A stretch of DNA of 63,284 bases, the filler included, from Reticulomyxa filosa (Eukaryota > Protista > Foraminifera): NCBI GenBank assembly GCA_000512085.1. It is 19 parts of 19 records of this genome, joined end to end, with 100 filler letters (N's around TTAATTAATTAA, not from the genome) between each part and the next. Parts side by side here need not be neighbours in the genome. Positions count along the whole stretch, not along the records: positions 22,490 to 28,144 come from ASPP01023944.1; positions 28,245 to 30,335 come from ASPP01020163.1; positions 30,436 to 34,195 come from ASPP01001191.1; positions 34,296 to 37,148 come from ASPP01040202.1; 15 more parts are not named here. One strand, 5' to 3'. Below are positions 24,052-37,148 of the stretch, one piece after another. Under the pieces are notes generated by a model, which saw only the letters and a list, made by a program, of their open reading frames with translations, was not told the DNA's origin and made no database searches. The translations under genes and the position numbers were made by a program. Every line of letters starts with the position of its first letter. Positions within the stretch are counted from its first letter, which is position 1.

Positions 24052-26805
24052 TTATTCAAGAAAACGGTTATCTTCATCAGATGATACACTTATTTTACGG
24101 AAAACAGTATTCGGGATTTCTTCAGGTGGAGCTGATGGTTGAGGTTGAGCAGCATCACCTTCTGCATCCAAGCCTTCTTTTCCAATAGGCATAATTTGGC
24201 TATCTTCTTTTTCTTTCTTCTCTTTTTCTTTTTGATTTTTTTCTTTTTCCTTCTTTCTTTGTCTTATTTGTTCGTTCCATTCCTTCCGACGTGCTTTTTC
24301 AGTCATGTCCAACTGGTTTGTGAAGTCGGATGTCAGCGAGTTGCTCTGGTATCCATAGCTTGATATAACATTGATCAGCTTTCCATAAGTAAAAGCGTTA
24401 AACTGTGGTAATTTGGCATCTTGTAACAATAGGTCTCTGCAAGTTGCGTTAACATCGCCCGAGTCCACCACGAATTCCATGACCAAAAAGCATACTTCTA
24501 ATGGGGCTTGGCGAAACAGTTCTGATTCTTCAGTCAGTGCTCTGTTTGTTATTTCCAACGAGTTATTATTATTATTATTATTATTATTTTGATGTCATAT
24601 AAGCTTTAAAGTAAGAAAGAGCAAAGGCTAACTTCATTGCCAAAGTGAAAAATGGTGGTTCTCGAATGGCGGAAGAAAGTTTTTTGATGGAAGTAATTGC
24701 GTCTTCAAATCGCTCGCAATCCAATAAGTTGGCGACCCAGTCTCTTCGATCGTTTAAGAATTGGGGATCTAATCGTTCAAAGCAAACATGTCTTTCAAAT
24801 TCGATGAGTAAATAGGCCAAAGGCTGAGGTGACGCCAAATCACTCGAGTTATTTTTTTCGTCGGTCAATCTTTCAATTTTTCGTTTTCCAATGCTTTGAT
24901 ACCAATTGCCCAAGGCTCCTTTTTTCGAGGTATCTTCATAGAGTTGCATTAATGCATTCAACGCAGGAGTAAGTTGTGACGCGCGGATACGTTTGATACG
25001 GTCTCGAATCGCCGCTGCACGAGCGACCAATGCAGCAAGGAATCCAACCGACAATATGATCAAGCCACCATACAAAATCAACGCACCAATTCTGTGTGTG
25101 TGTGTGTATATGTTTTTTTTTTTTTTTTGAAGTCGATTGTTCATTTATACGTCACAATGACACGGTAGGAAAAAAAAAAAAAAGATTCAACTTTTGTGTT
25201 CTCCAAACATCTTTGTTATTGGAATAGGCCCATAATATGATAGTGACAAATACCAACAGCGCATACAATGTGAATCGAAACGCGACGATGTGAGGAATCG
25301 AGCTGCACTGATACACTCGGTTTTCGTCCGGTTTCGACATCGAGGTGGCCCAACGCGCAAACAATGGATACAGCACATGCCACAACAACATTAAAATGCA
25401 AAACGCCACGCACAACGACAGCGCATTGCTGGCATGATGCACTGCATACAGCATGGCAATGACAACAAACAAGGCTTGCAACAGCTGCAACACAATATAA
25501 AAAGCCAAGGGATAGCGAATGTCCAAGTTGTCTGCACGGGAATGTCGCACTTCTGCGTTATTATACACCATTATAATCGTCGATGTAAACCAAAAGAAGA
25601 TGATGAAGAAAAACGACAAAAATGAATACGGGTACGTATCCGATTGTTTATTGAAGCATTCCGCGGATGATGATAATGATGATGATGATCCCACGTTTCC
25701 ATAACGCAATACGTATCCTGTGTATGTTCCATCTGCTTGTGGTACGTATACACATTGGAACCTTTTTCATTATTATATTTATTTTATTTTATTTTATTTT
25801 ATTTTTTTAAAATTTAAATAAAGTGGTTTTTTTATATTGCGTAATACGTATAACCATACATTTGTATCCACTGCACAATCAAGTATAAATAAAAAGACGT
25901 GAGTGTAAAACCACGCAAATTTAATCCACATGATGGATTGAGTGAAGATCCCTTTTTTGGAGACCCAGTTGAAAAGCTCTTCACACACCAAAGGCAGACT
26001 GATCACAATGACCCAAAAGAAGGCCACAATTATAAATATGATCGATATTGCATTGTACCCTCCAGTGTTGATGCCCATGTTTGCCAGCAATATATACTGT
26101 AATATAAATAAATAAACAAATATAATGTATTATATTATATTACATAAAATTTCCAAAACTTTCAAAAAAAAAAAAAAAAAAGATATTTACACCCGGCTCA
26201 AATCCATTAAGGTGTGGAAGGAGGAATCAGTCGGAGTATGAAAAGAAGAGGAAAAGGAAAAATTGGATTGCATGTAAAAGATGGAAAACACCAAGGCCAT
26301 CATTACGCCGACTTCAAATATGACGCCGAGGACAGCCAGCACATTGGGCCACGTGATTCTGATGTCATAGGCAATGTACTCATCCGTCGGGAACGTCCAC
26401 AGAATGGTGGGTGCATCGGAGACGGTGCCGGGGGCACCTTCTTCTTGTTTTTTGAGTGAGTCGACAACTAATAAGTTGGCACACTCTTCACAATAGGGCT
26501 TCTTATATGGCTCACAGGCAATCGGATTGGTATTCGTGCAATAATAGCAATTCGTGGTCGCAATGTATTTCTCGCAGAACGCACAGCTGCGTGCAAATCG
26601 ACTGTTATCTCTTGGCAGGGGTCCATATTGCAAACGTAGTTGACATTGCGGACATTGACGAGGCAACTGTATTGTCAATGGCGCATGATCGGAGCGATTT
26701 AATCTCTTGAATGGTGAGTCTCCAGAGTCTGGTTTTCGGCTTACACATCCAAATAAGGCAAAAAAGGAAGCTAATTATGTCAAAGTGTATTTACACAATA
26801 CACAA

Positions 26806-26859
<54 letters not shown>

Positions 26860-28021
26860 ACGTATTTATTAGAAACAACTTCTTACCAAAGCAAATTCCC
26901 AACACAGCAAAGCATGCCCCATACAAAGTTGCTTGCGTTGTTTCGGTACGATTGTAAGTGGACCACGTCCCATCCTTTGGGGTTCGGCCACCCAGTAGCA
27001 ATATCAAAAGCGCAATCAAACCACCGAACCTTTGGGTCCAATGGTCAACAAAGAACAATTCCCCCTCCCTTTTCCTTGCCGTTCCAATTGCGAACACAAA
27101 ACCACATATTGTACAAAAAAAAAAAACAAAAACAAAAATACTATTTACAACTCACCAAATGCAAATGGCCAAAAGTTGCCTGCCTCTTCGTGGTAGTCCT
27201 GGACACAGCGTCGCGAACAATTCCAACAAACCCGCTGTATTCACACATCATTTGCATACACATTTATGTGTCATCTCATTTTTTTTATTGATACGTATAC
27301 ACATATATGTATTTGTTTGTTTGTTTGTTTATATTTTTCAAGGTGAGCCCCCCCTCCCCCCCTTCCGACCAGCAGGAAGCAAAACGCCAAAAATGAGACT
27401 AGCGATAGCAAACTTGTACGTCTTCCATGCAAAGATCAAAAGGAAGATTTGATAGAAATCGGGTCCAATTTGCGCAGCTTGTCGAACGGCAATATCCACG
27501 GCCAGTTTCAAGGTCATTCGTGTGCGTCCGAGACGTCGACCGCCGTCTGCGATTTCGCTGATAAATTCGAATAAGCGCACCAATGTAACGGTGATGAGGA
27601 GCGTCCAAAGCAGCAGACGAATGGCCAGCCACAAGTCCTGTGCAAAGCCTCGAATTTGCTGTTGCAAAATGGTGGCAAATCCAAATCGAAGTGATGGAGG
27701 TCGTATCTTCACCACTACTGTTTCTTTGGCGTTCTCATCATCGCCATTATCGGCATCAGCATTTTTATATTCCTTCTCCTCTTTGTTATCGTCCGATGAT
27801 GATGATGATGATGGTTGTTTATCTCTCTTCTGCTCTACTACGTGATCTTTTAACCGCATTCGAATTAAACGACTAGTGTCGCGACACAAAGGCAGCAAGC
27901 GATATAACGTGATAGTTAAAAGTATAACCAATATGACCGCTCCAATGTCCATCAATCCTTTCATACAAGATTGACGAATTTGTTTATACGTCAGATCCAG
28001 TGGTTTCGAGACCAACGGGTC
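24052..28021 (-). CDS. Large multi-pass membrane protein with an internal Cys-rich zinc-finger-like segment; ~8 exons, 5' partial
   Basis: Colinear minus-strand ORFs (27338-28042, 26780-27097, 26187-26678, 25794-26090, 25152-25709, 24584-25144, 24052-24558) with many hydrophobic helices, separated by short AT-rich introns; CPQC...CAFC...CYYC...C...YCEEC cluster. Confidence 0.75.
26810..26856. repeat. (TA)n microsatellite in intron
   Basis: Direct inspection. Confidence 0.9.
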
Positions 28022-28098
28022 CTTTTTTTTTTTTTTTTTCATCCCCCCTTTGGCAATTTATGATTTGATTTGCAACATGCGCACATGCACACAATAAC

Positions 28099-28099
<1 letters not shown>

Positions 28100-28144
<45 letters not shown>
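28100..28144. repeat. (TA)n microsatellite at contig end
   Basis: Direct inspection. Confidence 0.9.
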
Positions 28145-28244
28145 NNNNNNNNNNNNNNNNNNNNNNNNNNNNNNNNNNNNNNNNNNNNTTAATTAATTAA
28201 NNNNNNNNNNNNNNNNNNNNNNNNNNNNNNNNNNNNNNNNNNNN

Positions 28245-29495
28245 GGAATAGGACTTAACTGCGCATACATAAATCAGCCGTATCGAATCGACGAGTCGAA
28301 AGTATTCTCCGACCCGTTTGTGGTGGAGACGCGCTACACAGCCACGCACGTGTTTGCGAGCGTGGTGTTTGGGATGTTGTCGCTGTATTTCATTAGCGTG
28401 AGTACGTATCACGCGACTTTGTTGATAATCGATTTGTGGTGTTTGTGTCTGCGCAAAGAAAATGTGCGTCTGAAAAGGTATCTATCGAAAAGACAAAGCA
28501 AGAGCACGACTAATGTTATGGCCATGGAGAACAATGGCAACAATAATGAAGAGCAGTCAAATGAAGCCGAAAACGAAAATGAAAATAAAAATGAAAATAA
28601 AAATGAAAATAAAAATGAAAATAAAAATGAAACTAAAAATGAAAATGAAAACGAAAAGAACACAACAGCAACAGCAACAGCAACAGAAACAGAAGCAGAA
28701 GCAGAAACATCACTTTCTTCTCCTTCTGCTCGTCGCAGACACAGGCGTTCTTATGCGAGACGCGCTGGCAGGGCATATACTCATTTTCGCTCATGGTGGC
28801 GTTCGATATTTTACAAGGAAAGCCGTTGGACTATTGGCGCGATGATACTGATGGAGGTAATAGAAGTAGCCACACAGACGTGGGCGCTACTGATCTACGG
28901 GGGTGTGCAACAGGCGTCTTTCGAATTTGCGCTGGCACAGAGTGGCACACTAACAAAAACCTTTGCTGTCATCCTCGGCTTAAATGGACTATTCACAGGG
29001 TCGCTGTGGCTACTGTACGTCACTTTCCCGCATGTCATTCACGGCTCACTTTTCGAAGGACTGCATTTTGTTATCGATATCATCTTTGATACCTGTTATA
29101 CGTACTTTCCTATGTTTGCAGTCATTTCGCAAGACAGCAGCAGCGGCGGCAGTCTGTTTAATAAGGAGTCGTTGGCATCATTGAATCAAGAAAACTCGCT
29201 GCTGTTTGTGGTGGTGTTTTTGGCGATGATTTTGATGTGTCGCAAAGTGTGGGCCATTTTGTCGGAATTCGATATTGTCACCATCTACAAAGAACATGGT
29301 CACCACAAGAGAACACCTGAGGAAATTGCAGAGATAGAACACAAACATTTAACCGAAATACCGTGGATCGCCCGACAAAAGATCGGTTGTAAACAGTGGC
29401 TTTCCAGCTTGTGGTCGCAGCAGGATATTATTCACAGTCCGTCGATCAGTAATCATCATAAAGACAATCAAGAAAAAAATGAGGGTGATAATGAC

Positions 29496-29531
<36 letters not shown>

Positions 29532-30260
29532 ACTGCTACTGCTTCTTTGGATGGCATTACAACAATAAAACACAGACAATGGCAAACTGACCAAATTCGA
29601 CGCAGATGCGTCGTTGGCTTCTTTGGATTCTTATTCCTATTTCACGGCTTGTTCATCATGTCTTGGACTGTCTCGTATGTCAATACTGCTCTGCACATGT
29701 GTGCCGATCCATCTGCTTCTCAAATGCAACAACATCCCGAACTCATGTTCTACTCACAGTGCAGCCAACCTGTCATCGTGCTGTTCCGCGACTTGCAACA
29801 GGACAGTCCCTGCGAGTGTCGCAAACTCAGTCTCTTCGTTTACAAGTCGCTCTACACCGCACACAATCGCACGCTCCAGATGAGCGATGTCTCGCGTGTC
29901 TTACGGAGCTGGAAAATGTTGGAGGCTTTCAAAGTCGAATTTGATACTGCATGGGACAACGAGTTTTGTATTCTTTTTTATATATACATATATACATACA
30001 TATATATTTCTGATACGTCTTTGAGTTGGAGTGTTATATTTTATGTATATACATAACATATATATGTACATATATATATATATATATATGTACACGTATA
30101 TTTTGCATTCAGGGCATACGAGTCGAAATTTTGGTATTTAAATTTAACTGCGGAAGACTTTGTTGCCAAGAAAATGAGATTATTTTACGTAAGTGATAGA
30201 CCAAACATTCGATATGTTGACAGTGCCATTGGCTCATTGACGGAGTTGGAAGTTTTGTCC
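28245..30260 (+). CDS. Multi-pass membrane protein with low-complexity loops and a probable LRR-like C-terminal region; partial at both ends
   Basis: A 578-aa ORF with about six hydrophobic helices, (ENKN)n, (TA)n and poly-N tracts and CSQPV...PCECRKL. After an intron at ~29963-30112 the next exon reads ...IRYVDSAIGSLTELEVL (LRR-like). Confidence 0.7.
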
Positions 30261-30682
30261 CAGAAGTTCAAACTTACTTTCAACCCCCTTTTTTTTTTTT
30301 TTTTTTTTTTGTAATCAATATTAAATAATTTAAAANNNNNNNNNNNNNNNNNNNNNNNNNNNNNNNNNNNNNNNNNNNNTTAATTAATTAANNNNNNNNN
30401 NNNNNNNNNNNNNNNNNNNNNNNNNNNNNNNNNNNCAACTAGAAAAATTGTTCGGAATTTACAAAGCATTTTTTCAAAAAGAAACCAATCAGCACGTTTG
30501 CAAAATTACATTTTTGGAAAAAGTAATGAATTTAAATGAAAGAAAACAAGATGATTGTTTGGTTTGAAAAAAAGTTAAAAAATTACACCACTTGACTTAA
30601 AAACTCTGATTGCTAAAGAAAATACAACATTGAAAAATCAAAATAAAATCATTTATTTTATAGACACACTAGATCATGGAAA

Positions 30683-31957
30683 TTAGCAAAATTTGTATAT
30701 CATCTCAGTTGTATTTAAGCAACTGTCAAAACACTCAGCGATACTATATAACAAGCGATCGGCGCAATCGAGCTTGCTTCCTTGCATAATCTTGCTGCAC
30801 GTAGTGAACGGCTCCATTCGTACCAAGTAGTACAACATAATGCCGATGCAACTATAGTGTGATTCACACATCCAGTTATTGAAATTTGTGAGATCGTCCG
30901 GGTTCGCTGTTCCTAACAGCGCATTGTAGCGTTCGATGAATGTTTCCAAGCGCTTTGGATTGAGTGCACTAATGGGTTTGGTTAGATCACGATATACATT
31001 GGGATTATTTAAACCAATGGTATAATCTTTCAATGCACATAGCATGACTGGATATTGTGTCAGATCATTGAACGTCCTCCCGGCAAGCATATTTAAATTC
31101 ATTAGGTATTCAAAGTTGCTTATTTCACGACGACGCCATTTCCGATACATTTGAGAATTCTCGATCATTTGCAAAGGCATACCAATGCCGGGTTGTTACC
31201 ACCTCCACTGGTAATAGTGGCATTGGCCACCATCACCCCAAGGCCAGTACGTGACAAATACGGGGGCTTGCAATTGAGAATGGCCTCCATGACACGATTT
31301 CGAATCGATCCCTCAAACAATTGGAACAGTCACGACGTGTCATCTTTGAAATACAGTTCCAAAGCGCACTTTTATAACCGGTATCGTCAGTCATACATTT
31401 GCGTTAACTTCTTCAATTGCCAGTCGCGATATGCAGACATAACGCGATAACGATTGCCCCCTCCTCCAGATGGGTATAACTGACACACGCTGTCACAGTT
31501 ACACACACGTCACGCTTGGATTTCGTCGCTTTGCCACTGCTTTTGGATTTGTCTCCTCCATTTCGACTTAGATTACTTTCATCACCATCTGGTTCCTGCT
31601 CTCGTTCTCGTTCTTGTTCTTCATCTCCTTTTGCATTGTCCCTTTTGCAGTGCGCTTGACTTGCACTTTCGACGGGTCCAACCGAAAACGAAAGCTCACA
31701 ACACACAATTATCGATTCACTGTCCAAAAACGCGGATGAAATGGTCGGGGATTGTTCTCAGGCTGTAGTTATCGCAATCGTATTACACTTGCCAATCACT
31801 TTTTCTGTTGGGTGCACTTCATGATGGAGGAATTGAAAACGCGTCGAATACAGATCAAATACCCCTGGGATCACTGTCATTGATGCTATTAGCTCTGCTT
31901 TTTCACGCAATAGCAGTTCATCTGCCAGATCTTGTTTGAGTCCAATTTCTTCTACCC
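30683..31957 (-). pseudogene. PH-BEACH domain (neurobeachin/LRBA-like) gene fragment, degenerate
   Basis: KWRRREISNFEYLMNLNMLAGRTFNDLTQYPV...YRDLTKPI...SHYS...YYLVRMEPFT...DCADRL. The upstream PH part (RYRL*KCALELYF) has stops and a frameshift, conserved residues are altered (FPW to MLC, YGSHYS to CESHYS), and the BEACH domain is truncated. Confidence 0.88.
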
Positions 31958-32159
31958 CTTTTTATATGTATATACATATACAAATATAATTTTTAATTTC
32001 AAACTTTTTTTTTATAAACAATAACAAAAAAAAAACAACTATAAAACCAAGCTTGATTGCAACAACTTTGGTGAAGGTGTTTGTCGTCAAGACGATGATG
32101 GCAACAAATGTGAGGCATGATCAGTGTGATTCAGCAAAATGACAGACGAAGGCTTTGAT

Positions 32160-33739
32160 AGTATAACTTTTCGCTGATGATGCCATCGGTCGCATTGGGG
32201 GATATTTCATCCAAGATCAAGTCGAATCCATGTTACTTCGTCAAATTCGACAGTACCAATAAACTCGACGATACCTGTTTGTCCATCAAACACTTGCACA
32301 CGATCTCGCATGGCGGGCATTTGTCTCAAGTTTAAATAGTTTTGAAATTCGTCTTCTTCTTTTTCTTCTTTCCCTCTGTTTTCGCTGATCTCATTCAAGA
32401 CACGTTCAATGTCTTTGCGCAAACAGAAATATGCATGTCCTGGCTTGCATTTGAAATACTCTTTCTCTTGGACAGCCCCATTAGGCCACCAATGGTCCAG
32501 TTCCAATCCAATGATCTCACCATCACTGAAATCAATCAGTCCAATGAACATGATTCTCCCTTTTCCATAGTATTTGGTTTTCACTATTTTGCCTTGTGCC
32601 AACTCACCGTTATACGAATTGGGCAGCGTCAAGTCTTTGCTCATGGCAATGAAGCTCCCCAAGTTAGCAACGATTTGCGACTTGTCAATGAATGTACCTT
32701 TGTTGGGATGGACTGCGAAATACTCCTTTCCTTTGAATATGCCAGACGTCGCCAGGGTATTGAATTGGTCCAGTTCCAACCTGATGTACTCCTTGGTTGC
32801 ATCTCCCCCATGCCGTCCAACGGACCCACATATCGAACGACTCCGGTTCGTCCGCCTTGCAAGCGAACGCGATCCAAGTAGTTTACAGTCACCAGCTCTT
32901 CATTGCTGCCGTTCGGGTTGTCCACATGAACACTTATCAATGTATATGGATATACTTTGAAAATGGCCTTGGTCGTCACGAATATACCGTGTCCTTCCCT
33001 CGCGGTGAATTTGCCTCTGCCATTGTGGCCTCCGATCGTGACATCATCCAGTCTCGATTCCAACGTTTTCATTTCCATCGGTTTCGACCGTGCCAAGATA
33101 GCGTGCGGTTCCTATCTGACATCCAAACAATTCCACTCGATCATTGATTCGCAATCTGGCAATCATTCGTTTCAACAGCTCGTTTTTTTCTGCGGTTGAT
33201 AGCTTTCTTGGTTTGTGGATCACGATGTCATCGTCTTCATCGATTGTCTTCATTTGGTCGTTGTCGTTGTCCATGCGTCCATCACTTTCAATCACTGTTC
33301 CTTGTCAACGCCAGTTTCCTTCATTCGACGCGAGGTCATCATTGGGATGGTCCACTGGATGTTCCATTTCCAAGTCTTCCGGAATGGTCTCCAGCTCTTC
33401 CTCTTCCTCGATTTCCAATTCGCTGCGCGGCTTCGCTATCAATTTCACATCGTTGGCACGATCAAAGTAGTCATGGTCGCGTATGCAATCAAAATATCTT
33501 TTGTTGTTATTTTTATTCTATCTTCCACCCCCTTCCTCTTTCTCTTGCCTCATCAATATTACCAACATTCCCTCCCCTTCTCCCATTTCGACAAGAAAAA
33601 AGACAATACAAGTTCGCTTTGGCCTACTTTTCGCCTCCAAAGCGTCCATCGCTGCCATGTTCGATGGTATCATCAAGTTCCAATCCGACCATTGTGGCAT
33701 TTACCATTGGCGCCTTGCCGATATACTTCACAACGCCTG
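32160..33739 (-). pseudogene. Multi-CAP-Gly domain protein (about five repeats), frameshifted
   Basis: Repeated G.V.YIG...GLELD...G...F...GHG.F motifs (GVVKYIG..VGLELDD; GTARYLG..VGIE/LDD..GHGIFV; GVVRYVG..LELDQ; GRIMFIG..IGLELDH..GHAYF; GIVEFIG) are split over three frames with at least one in-frame TAG. Confidence 0.85.
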
Positions 33740-35202
33740 TTTAGTTTTGTTAATTGTTAATTGTTATTTGATATTTGTTTTTCTTCAAGTTATTGCAATG
33801 CTCCTTCTTTTAATTTGCATGTGTGCGCGTTTGTCCAATAGACACGGCCAAGCAAAAAAAACCATTGTCAAACCTCTAAAATGGATGCAGTAGGGGGGAC
33901 TTGAAACTTAAAAATTATTATATTATTCTTTTTCATTATACATTTTCATATTTCAAAAAAAAATGTCCATTTTTTTTTTCGTAGAATTTCGTAGAATCAT
34001 AATGCATGAATTTAAAACCATTGTTGAACTCAGAAAAAAATAAAGATCAGCCCCTTTATAATACAATGAAGAAACTTCAAAGTGTATAGTCACAAGTTTG
34101 AGGAGGAGCAATACATTTAAGAGTACCCAAAGTCAGAAAGGTTAGATGAGCCAAGCGTTGCAGAAAGTTTTCTTACCAGCACTTGTCGAACGCAGNNNNN
34201 NNNNNNNNNNNNNNNNNNNNNNNNNNNNNNNNNNNNNNNTTAATTAATTAANNNNNNNNNNNNNNNNNNNNNNNNNNNNNNNNNNNNNNNNNNNNACTCA
34301 ATATCAATTCCAAATATAAAAAAGAGCCAAAATTAAAATTATGTTAAAAAAAAACATGAAAGCGTGATCAAAAAGGATGTAGTTAATTTTTTTATCTTTA
34401 ATCTTTTTTGTTGACAATTGATTTTCAAAAACAGTTGTTATTTTCTATCAAAACGTCCTCATGTCTATATGTTTATTGCTTGGGAAAAAGAACAAAAGCA
34501 TTCACCCCAATTTTTTAAATGTGAGTTAGTTCCTTTCTTTTGTCATTATTCACTTGAAATACGTTAAGACGCTTTGTGTTGTACTTGTAAATCGCTTGGT
34601 AAATCCTATTCACTAAAAAATTGAATTTATTAAAAATCAATTGAATTCCAAAGAACCAAATGAATGAAACATGAATAACAAAACCGACAGTATTTATTAA
34701 TTTGCTACACGACCAATTATCTTCGAAAGGATTACAGTCTGTCAATCACAATGCAACATTAATAACAAATCAAATTGGGATTATGGGACAAGTACAAAGA
34801 CAACAAAGTTCATACATATACTTCATAACATTACAAAAACTTCTTTAACATTTCATTGTTTGGAATTCTATTGTTTTTGCTATTGCTCAACTTATTTTTT
34901 TTATCAACAAACTGTTGTCTATCCAAAACATTAATCCCCTCTAATTCGTCATATATTTTGAAACATTATTTTACTATCAATTTAGTTTTGTAAGTCAACA
35001 AGCTGCTGTTACGTTTTTCAAAAAAGATTCAATGCATTACAAATAGTAATAATTTTCTTACCAAAAAAAAATTGGTTCAAAAAGTTTTTGTGTAAAGTAC
35101 CAACGGGGGAAGGTAAAAATGTTTTTTGAGATTGAACATAGAACTTTTGTTTACTGTTTTAAGTTAGTGTCATTTTTTATTTATTTTTTTTGTCTTTAAA
35201 AA

Positions 35203-35680
35203 ATGATAGAAGTTCTCACAATTGAAGTAGGCCAAGCCTGTATACAATTAGGCAACGCCTTTTAGGAACAATACTGTGCAGATCACAGAATTGATAACGG
35301 TTGCAAAAGAAAGGGAATTCAGGAAAAGATAATTCTTTCAAAGTCTTCTTTGAAGAAGCAGGTAGTGGCAAAGTTGTTCATTATGACATTGCAGTTAAGT
35401 ACTCCATTTTGAGATTCGTTTTTCCGTATAAGTATAGCAAACGAGAAAAATATGTTTACTTGGAACAACATGTAATCGATTATTTGAAAATTGCTCTTTT
35501 GCGGCCATATACCACACTGAGTTGTTAGTCCATTGTAAAGAGGACACAACAAACAAGTTTGCCAGTGGTCACTATACAATAGGAAAATAAATCATTGATA
35601 AAGTGAATGACTGATTGAGAAAACTCGTGGACAACTATGACAACGTTATATGATTTGTAATTGGACATAGTGTAGACGAT
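35203..35680 (+). pseudogene. Divergent alpha-tubulin, N-terminal remnant
   Basis: MIEVLTIEVGQACIQLGNAF*EQYCADH (TAG at 35263 replaces the conserved Trp21), FKVFFEEAGSGK, and later SGHYTIGK*IIDKVND*LRKLVDN. Confidence 0.85.
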
Positions 35681-36416
35681 GCGCTGTCTCAGGGTTGTAA
35701 TGAAAATTTAAAGAATCATCTGAATGTGTTTACTTATTTTATTTTTGAAGTAAACGAAATGTTTAGAATTGATGAAATTTACAAATGTATTCCAATGTCA
35801 AATCAAAAATTTGATTGTTTTTTTGGAAGATTGCAGCTTTTTACATTTTCAAAAGCGTCTAGAGTTTGATCAATACTTAACTCAGTTTTGTACAAGTCGT
35901 TCGCATCATTCCAAAAGTCAGTATTATAGTGCATTGTCCAGAGTTTGTTTGGTTAAGGCATTGATATTATTGTCAAAATCTTCTTTCAAAAGGGAGACAT
36001 TTAAATCGCTGTGACTGACTGGAAAAAAAATCATTCACTTTTTAGTTGATAATTCTTTTACTATTTTTCTAATCTTTGTAAGATTTTTACTCTTGCGCAT
36101 ATAGGCAAAAAAATTGATATTCAATCTCCAAGTTCGATATTTGGCTCTTGTGCTTCCGCGTGTGCTGTGCCAATCTTCTCTTGATATCATTTGTTGATCG
36201 ATCGTAATGTTGATTGAATTCCTGGTTCATTTATCAACAACGAGAAAAAGATAAAAAAGAAAAAAACATATTTATATTAACGTCACACAATAAATCAAAA
36301 AAAAAATTTGGACATCAATCAATTCAGGACAAATGACCTGTGCGAAAATAGCTGCCTTTTCCCACGTATCAAATGCATCCTTCCAAAGTTTTAATCGATG
36401 TGTTTATGTGATTTGT

Positions 36417-37148
36417 TTAATGTAACTTATCAATTCTCCTTCGCTTTTGTCCTGTCACAGAAGTATGCAATAGTTTTTCTTTGCAATAAGACCTCTTGAC
36501 TTCGCCACATTCATCTTTAATTTTTTCATGATCAGGATGAGGACAAAAATGACTGCATCTCCCAAATTGTTTTTGAGATGAAGAATTACAAGAATTTTCA
36601 AATTTCAGATACTTCTCCCAATAATATTTGTGAGTGACTTTATCCAAATCATTTCTTCCTTCGCATTCACCAGGATTTGCATGTCTTCGTACATAGTAAG
36701 TTTCATTGTTGATTGTCTCCATGTTTTTTGCATTCGATCAAATGGAAATGGCCTCCTCCCATTTTCTCACAAAAAAAATGACAAAGTTCAGCTTCTGCAG
36801 TGTCTCCAGTGGTACACACACGAACTGTCTTCGCTACTTCTTTTTCAGTTGATGTGGTGGAGTCTTTGACGGTTTTCTTTGTTTGTACTTTGAAATCGAC
36901 TCCAACAGTCTTTGGCTTAAAAATCTTTGTTTCATTTACCACAGCTTATACTCGACTTTGCAATTTCCATTTTGTTGACATTCATGCAAACATGGATGTC
37001 TTTCTGAACTACAACAATGGAATGGAATCATCCCACTGTCAATTTTTTTTTCGTCTTTCATATCCATATCATGGAAATGACCTCCATTGCAGTCACATGT
37101 TGCTTCTACATTGCAAACAAAATTTTTGACTTTTATTCAAAACAAAAA
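36417..37148 (-). pseudogene. Cys/His-rich fragment resembling the zinc-binding region of large GTPase/vWA-type proteins; frameshifted
   Basis: ELCHFFCEKMGGGHFHLIEC / DKVTHKYYWEKYLKFENSC...FGRCSHFCPHPDH...SYCKEKLLH across ORFs 36703-36942 and 36417-36722. The family assignment is from memory of the motif pattern. Confidence 0.5.
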
